Source: an uncultured Thermoplasmata archaeon (lineage in GTDB: Archaea > Thermoplasmatota > Thermoplasmata > Lutacidiplasmatales > UBA184). Taken from it: a stretch of 64,000 bases of DNA. Position numbers and translations under genes: made by a program. Positions 59,548 to 64,000 of the stretch are shown here, piece after piece. The stretch spans positions 3,681 to 67,680 of the forward strand of contig CAVOMG010000002.1 in the NCBI GenBank assembly GCA_963696985.1. The letters run 5' to 3'. Below the pieces are notes generated by a model that was not told the DNA's origin, ran no database searches, and was given only the letters and a program-made list of their open reading frames with translations. Each line of letters begins with the position of its first letter. Position 1 is the first letter of the stretch.

Positions 59548-62139
59548 TTACCCGCGCTCCGGCCCGGCCCGTCTGCGACGGGGTTTCGCCCGGATGGGGG
59601 GCTTAAGGCGCCTGCGGGTCCAGAATACGACGATGAGCCCGACTGCCACGATCGCGCCCCCGATCCCCCCGATCACCGCGTACCCTTCGGTGGCGGGTAG
59701 CCCGAGGAACGTGGCCGAAGAGGAGGAAGTCGGCGCGAAAGCGATGGTCTTCGTGACGTTCGCCCCCAGCACCTCGACCGCCCCCATCGAGGGCGAGGCG
59801 GAGTAGCCGGTCGGCGCGAGGATGTTGAAGGGGTAGCTCTTATTCGGCGCGCCGGTGAACGCGATTGTCCGGGTCCCGGATCTCGATAAGCCATTGAACG
59901 TGGCCGTCCAGGAGAGATCCGTCGGGAGACCCCGCTCCGCGAAGGTGACCGTGAAGGTCTCGGCCGGCAAGTTCGCAAAGAGCACAGTCTGGGTCGCGAC
60001 CCCCCCGCTGACCGTGACGTTCCCCGTCAGAGGAGAGGCGGAATAGCCGGTGACGCTGTCGAGGCTGAAGGGGTACGTTCCGTTCGGCTCGACGAACGTG
60101 ATCGCGGTCGCCGTCGTCGCGCTCAAGGAACCGTTCAAGGCCACCGACCAGAGCGTGCCGGACCGCAAGCCGACCTCGGTGAACGTCACCGGGTAGGTGA
60201 GGAGGACGAAGATCACCGACTCTTCGACCCCGAGCCCGTGGATGTCGAACGTCCCTCCGGGGGAGGTGTACGTCCGGCTCGCGGACGAGACCGAGTAGGA
60301 GTAGGTCGCGTTCGATTCGTTCAACGTAAGGGCCACGGCGTTCGTGGAGGCGGGGAGGTTCCCCGTGACGTTGACCCACCATGCCTCACCGGAGGGGAGC
60401 CCGGTCTCCGTGAAGATCACGGGATAGCTCACCTGGGTCCAGTTCTCGACCATCGGGACCGGGCCCCCGGCAACGAGGAACGAACCTGTGAAGTTCGCCG
60501 TGGTCCACCCGGCGACCCGCCCGAGCGTGTAGTCGTACGTCCCGTTCGATTCGGGGAGGGAGATCGAGCCCGAGGAGGTGGAGCGGGTAGTGCCGTCGAC
60601 CGTGACCTGCCAGACCGTCGGGTTCGGCAGCCCGGCCGCGCGGAACGTGACCGGGTACGTCACCGCGGCGAACGTGATGTTCACCGTGGCGACGGACCCG
60701 TCGAGGATCACGGAGCCGACCGGCGCCGCGAAGGTCCGGTTCGTCGTCGCGACCGTGTAGGAATGCGCTCCCGGGGACAGCCGGGCCGAAAGAGTGGTCG
60801 AGTTCGAATGGGTCGAAGGTCCGCCGGTCACGTTGACCCACCAAGCGGTCCCGTTCGGTAGTCCGCGCTCGGTGAAGGTCACCGGGAACCACGTATCGAT
60901 GAGGCTCACATTGTTCCCACCGGAGTTGAACACGTCCACGAACCCGGTGAGGGGGTCGAAGATGGCGCCGAAAGGTCCGCTCCCCACGTTGAACGCGCTG
61001 GCGATCCGGAGTCCGTAGATGACGCTGACATTGTTGGAGGAATAGTCCGGGACGTAGATGTTGCCGGTCTCGTTGTCCCAGGCCGGAGGCTGCGGGGTGC
61101 TGCCGACGGCGAGCGCGCCGATGATGTGGGTGCCGTTAATCACGCTGACGTTCGAGGAGCCTTCGTTGGCGATGTAGACGAAGCCGTTCGTTCCGTCGTA
61201 GATCCCCCCATCGGGCTCATACCCCACGGTGAGGGTGGCGGTCGCCTTGGTGCCGTTGAGAACGGCCACCGTGCTCCCACCGGTGTTCGGGACGTACACG
61301 AAGCCGTTCGCCGGGTCGAAGACCGGGGTTTCGGGGGTGAGCCCCACGTTCACGTTCGCGATGACCTTGGTGCCGTTGATCACGCTCACTTGGTTCTGGG
61401 AAAAGTCCGCCACGTAGACGAATCCGTTCTCCCCATCGTACGTCGCCGCTACCGGTCCGCTTCCGACCGTCACGGTCGCGATGAGGGAGGTTCCATTGAG
61501 CACGCTCACGGCGCTTGAGGAGAACGCTGGAACGTACACGTAACCGTTCTCGTAGTCATACGCCGAGTTGTACGGGTTGGAGCCCACCGACACTGTTCCG
61601 ATCAGTGTGGTACCCTGGATCACGCTGACATTGTTGGAGGAATAGTTCGGGACGTAGACGGTGCCGGTTTGGTTGTCGTAGCTACCCGCCAGGGGGCCGA
61701 ACCCAACATTCACCGAACCCACCACGTGGGTCCCGTTGAGCACGGTGACGTTGCTCGACCCTGCGTTCTCCACGTAGACGTATCCGTTGTCGCTGTCCAA
61801 GATGCCGTACTCCGGCGAGGCTCCGACGGTGATCGACGTCAGGGGAGACTGGGCGAGCGGCGAGGCGGCGGGGCTCTCCATGAACCGTTCCAAGGGGTCC
61901 CGAGGCCGGGATCCGCCTGGGGGAAGCGCCGAAACCCCCCCGTGAGTTGCGCGGGCGGGCACCGGATGGAGGGCGGTCGAATATCGAGGGCCTGGATCGA
62001 GAGGTCCGCCGGGCGATCGGGCGAGACCCGACTGAGGTTCATTGGCCATCGCGGGAAGGCTCACCGTGGAGAGGAGGAGAAGTGAGCACAGGCCCAACGC
62101 CCCCACGAAGAACCTGGTGGCCGCGGGCGGTCGTCCCAT
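59548..62139 (-). CDS. Cell-surface protein: YVTN/YncE beta-propeller + thermopsin-like Ig repeats + C-terminal TM
   Basis: About 8 repeats of VG..P....YD..NG.VYV.N..S..VSVING and about 5 repeats of YPVTFTE.GLP.GT.W.V; signal peptide and anchor. Confidence 0.88.
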   Translation of the reverse strand: MGRPPAATRFFVGALGLCSLLLLSTVSLPAMANEPQSGLARSPGGPLDPGPRYSTALHPVPARATHGGVSALPPGGSRPRDPLERFMESPAASPLAQSPLTSITVGASPEYGILDSDNGYVYVENAGSSNVTVLNGTHVVGSVNVGFGPLAGSYDNQTGTVYVPNYSSNNVSVIQGTTLIGTVSVGSNPYNSAYDYENGYVYVPAFSSSAVSVLNGTSLIATVTVGSGPVAATYDGENGFVYVADFSQNQVSVINGTKVIANVNVGLTPETPVFDPANGFVYVPNTGGSTVAVLNGTKATATLTVGYEPDGGIYDGTNGFVYIANEGSSNVSVINGTHIIGALAVGSTPQPPAWDNETGNIYVPDYSSNNVSVIYGLRIASAFNVGSGPFGAIFDPLTGFVDVFNSGGNNVSLIDTWFPVTFTERGLPNGTAWWVNVTGGPSTHSNSTTLSARLSPGAHSYTVATTNRTFAAPVGSVILDGSVATVNITFAAVTYPVTFRAAGLPNPTVWQVTVDGTTRSTSSGSISLPESNGTYDYTLGRVAGWTTANFTGSFLVAGGPVPMVENWTQVSYPVIFTETGLPSGEAWWVNVTGNLPASTNAVALTLNESNATYSYSVSSASRTYTSPGGTFDIHGLGVEESVIFVLLTYPVTFTEVGLRSGTLWSVALNGSLSATTATAITFVEPNGTYPFSLDSVTGYSASPLTGNVTVSGGVATQTVLFANLPAETFTVTFAERGLPTDLSWTATFNGLSRSGTRTIAFTGAPNKSYPFNILAPTGYSASPSMGAVEVLGANVTKTIAFAPTSSSSATFLGLPATEGYAVIGGIGGAIVAVGLIVVFWTRRRLKPPIRAKPRRRRAGPERG

Positions 62140-62277
62140 GAGAGAGAACCTGGAAGGGCATCTATAAACCGGCCCCTCAAATACTGCGCCGGAACGTCGA
62201 GCGAATCCGCCGGCGGGCGACGAGTTGGCCCTCCCCGGCCCCCCACCCTTTCTAATCCAGCGGCCATTCGCCGGTCG

Positions 62278-62760
62278 ATGATTCGCCTCGAGCCGATGAG
62301 TGAGGACGAGTTCCAAGCCTCATTGGCTCGGAATATCGCCCGACGAGCCCAGGAATCGATCGCCCTCGGCATCTGGAACGAGGGCGGAGCGGAAGCGGCG
62401 AGCCGAGCCGACTTCCTCCAGCTCTTTCCCCAGGGCCGGCGGACCGAGGGCTTCGATTTCCGGAATATCGTCGATGGGGATTCAGGGGCCCGGGTCGGGG
62501 AAACCTGGTTCAGCGCGCAACCGATCGGCGGCAAGGTCCAGTTCTGGGTGAACTGGATCTGGGTCGAACCGACCTACCGGAGGCGCGGGATCGCGACGCT
62601 CACCTTTCGTCTCCTCGAGGAGGAGGCGATTCGGGCCGGGGCGGATCGGGTGGGCCTGTACGTTCACGCCGAGAACGAGGGGGCCCAATCGCTCTACCGG
62701 CGACTCGGCTTCGCACCGACCGGCATCCGGATGTCGAAGAAGCTCATCCTCCGGCCCTGA
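62278..62760 (+). CDS. GNAT acetyltransferase
   Basis: YRRRGIA, LYVHAENEGAQSLYRRLGF. Confidence 0.9.
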   Translation: MIRLEPMSEDEFQASLARNIARRAQESIALGIWNEGGAEAASRADFLQLFPQGRRTEGFDFRNIVDGDSGARVGETWFSAQPIGGKVQFWVNWIWVEPTYRRRGIATLTFRLLEEEAIRAGADRVGLYVHAENEGAQSLYRRLGFAPTGIRMSKKLILRP

Positions 62761-62895
62761 CGGGATCGGGCTGGCGAGAGTAGCTCGAGTCAGGGGGCGC
62801 GAGCGCCGGCCCGACCCTCGGGGAGGCGACCCGTCCCCCGCCCCCATGACTTCGTCGAGCCTTTCTAGCCAGGCCAAGGCCGCAGACCGATCCCC

Positions 62896-63186
62896 TCACC
62901 GGATCAGTTCGACCAACCGGTTTCGGAACCGTGTTCTCCCCATGTTCCGCACCGAGTGATCGTCCGGCGGAACTCTCCAAACCACGTCACCCCGCCGGAC
63001 CCGGAGACGCTCCTCGCGCCCTCGCCCGTCCGTCATCACGACCGTCGCTCCCTCGAGCATGATCGAAAGGTAGGGGAATCGGTGACGGTGGAAGGGGTAC
63101 TCCTTCCCGGGCTCGAGGACCATCTCCCAAACACGGACCCGACGATTCTTCATCAAGAGCTTCTGCGCCGGGTTGACTTCCTTCAT
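62896..63186 (-). CDS. Cupin-domain protein
   Basis: RVRVWEMVLEPG...HRH...H.V.N...LVEL. Confidence 0.8.
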   Translation of the reverse strand: MKEVNPAQKLLMKNRRVRVWEMVLEPGKEYPFHRHRFPYLSIMLEGATVVMTDGRGREERLRVRRGDVVWRVPPDDHSVRNMGRTRFRNRLVELIR

Positions 63187-63403
63187 CGCCCCCGACAGAG
63201 GTCCTCAGCGCAAAAGGATCGCTGGAAGCCCGATCCGTCCGGGGGGATGGTCGGGTCGCGGCGGTCGACCTCATCGCCGGGGGCCCTCCATCGAACCCCG
63301 AGGGGTCGGCGCGAGCTCCGTCCGCTTCGAGGTGACCCGTCCTGGTGGCGCTCCTTCGAACAGCCCGCGAAGATCGTTGAGCTGTCTCCCACGGCTCTCC
63401 CCG

Positions 63404-63943
63404 TCACAATCGAGTCGCGGGTTGGGGTAAACGCAGGACCATGCACTCCTTCGGAAGTTGCCCCTCGTAGGAGATCCGTACCCCCTCCATGCACCGCAAC
63501 GGGCCTCCCCAAGCCCGGTGATCGGACGTGGGGAAGAGGGCGACCGCGATGAGTTCGGGGAAGCCGCCATGGGTCACCACCAGCCCGCGGCCCGGGTCCG
63601 GCAGCGATCGGAGCATCTCTTCGAGATCGGAGAGGAGCGCGCGGGCCTTGCGCCGAGTCGCACTTTCCGAGCGCAGAGGAAGCGCGTACCGGGTGAAAGG
63701 GGAAGGCCAACCGACCTCTGCGTTGATCTCGGGACCGAGCTCCTCCCATTCCCGACGCAGTTCCGGATCGAGGAAGCCCATCTCGTTCGCCGTCTCTACC
63801 GCCCGTAGGCTCGGACTCGAGAAGACCCGGCCGAACGGACCGGCTTCCCGACCGACGTGTCTCGCCAGCTCTCTACCGGCTCCCGAGAGATGCTCCTCGG
63901 GCTTGTCCCGGACGCTATGTCGCCGGATCTCGATGGTCTTCAT
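63404..63943 (-). CDS. Histidine phosphatase superfamily protein
   Basis: RHS, SSPSLRAVETA, LVVTHGG. Confidence 0.85.
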   Translation of the reverse strand: MKTIEIRRHSVRDKPEEHLSGAGRELARHVGREAGPFGRVFSSPSLRAVETANEMGFLDPELRREWEELGPEINAEVGWPSPFTRYALPLRSESATRRKARALLSDLEEMLRSLPDPGRGLVVTHGGFPELIAVALFPTSDHRAWGGPLRCMEGVRISYEGQLPKECMVLRLPQPATRL

Positions 63944-64000
63944 GACCTTCCCGATTGGGCGCGCTTCGATGGCCGACCTCCCGTTTTCAGGAGCGAGCGG

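Noticed and set aside
59700-61830. DNA-level repeats as a possible array
   Set aside because: They are degenerate in-frame repeats that encode propeller blades and Ig-like domains.

Overview
This is an archaeal chromosome segment, with radA, rpl7ae-rps28e-rpl24e, a split MetE and TATA-box promoters. The high GC and thermopsin-like surface proteins suggest a high-GC Thermoplasmata lineage (inference). It has three zones. (1) About 1-19.5 kb is a lower-GC accessory/defence island ending just upstream of ftsZ. It holds an Xer-like integrase, a STAND ATPase-TPR gene cut by an ISAzo13 element, two Panacea/YwgA-like proteins, AbrB proteins and a mini GIY-YIG. It also holds a tight 5-gene run (YwgA-like, HD phosphohydrolase, Mrr-like REase, UvrD helicase, Fe-S PD-(D/E)XK nuclease) facing a wHTH + M.PvuII-like methyltransferase pair, then a SWIM-DDE transposase and a HEPN/PaREP1 gene. 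(2) About 19.6-46.5 kb is core genes: ftsZ, purH, mutY, hutH, Ni-SOD sodN/sodX, a W/Mo ABC transporter, radA, purC, malic enzyme, metE halves, map, tsaC, ndk and r-proteins. A two-piece membrane-anchored Cas4-like nuclease lies between rpl24e and ndk. (3) About 46.6-64 kb is accessory: TnpB, ISH3, small stress/resistance-type genes, two surface proteins and an IS1111-type IS110 element. Its bridge-RNA target guide can be read directly against its own insertion site, and its catalytic Ser position is Thr. Many genes, including core housekeeping ones, carry single-base indels, often in homopolymers; these are most likely long-read errors rather than pseudogenes. No tRNA, rRNA or CRISPR array was seen. 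All family calls come from motif recognition by eye, not database searches.
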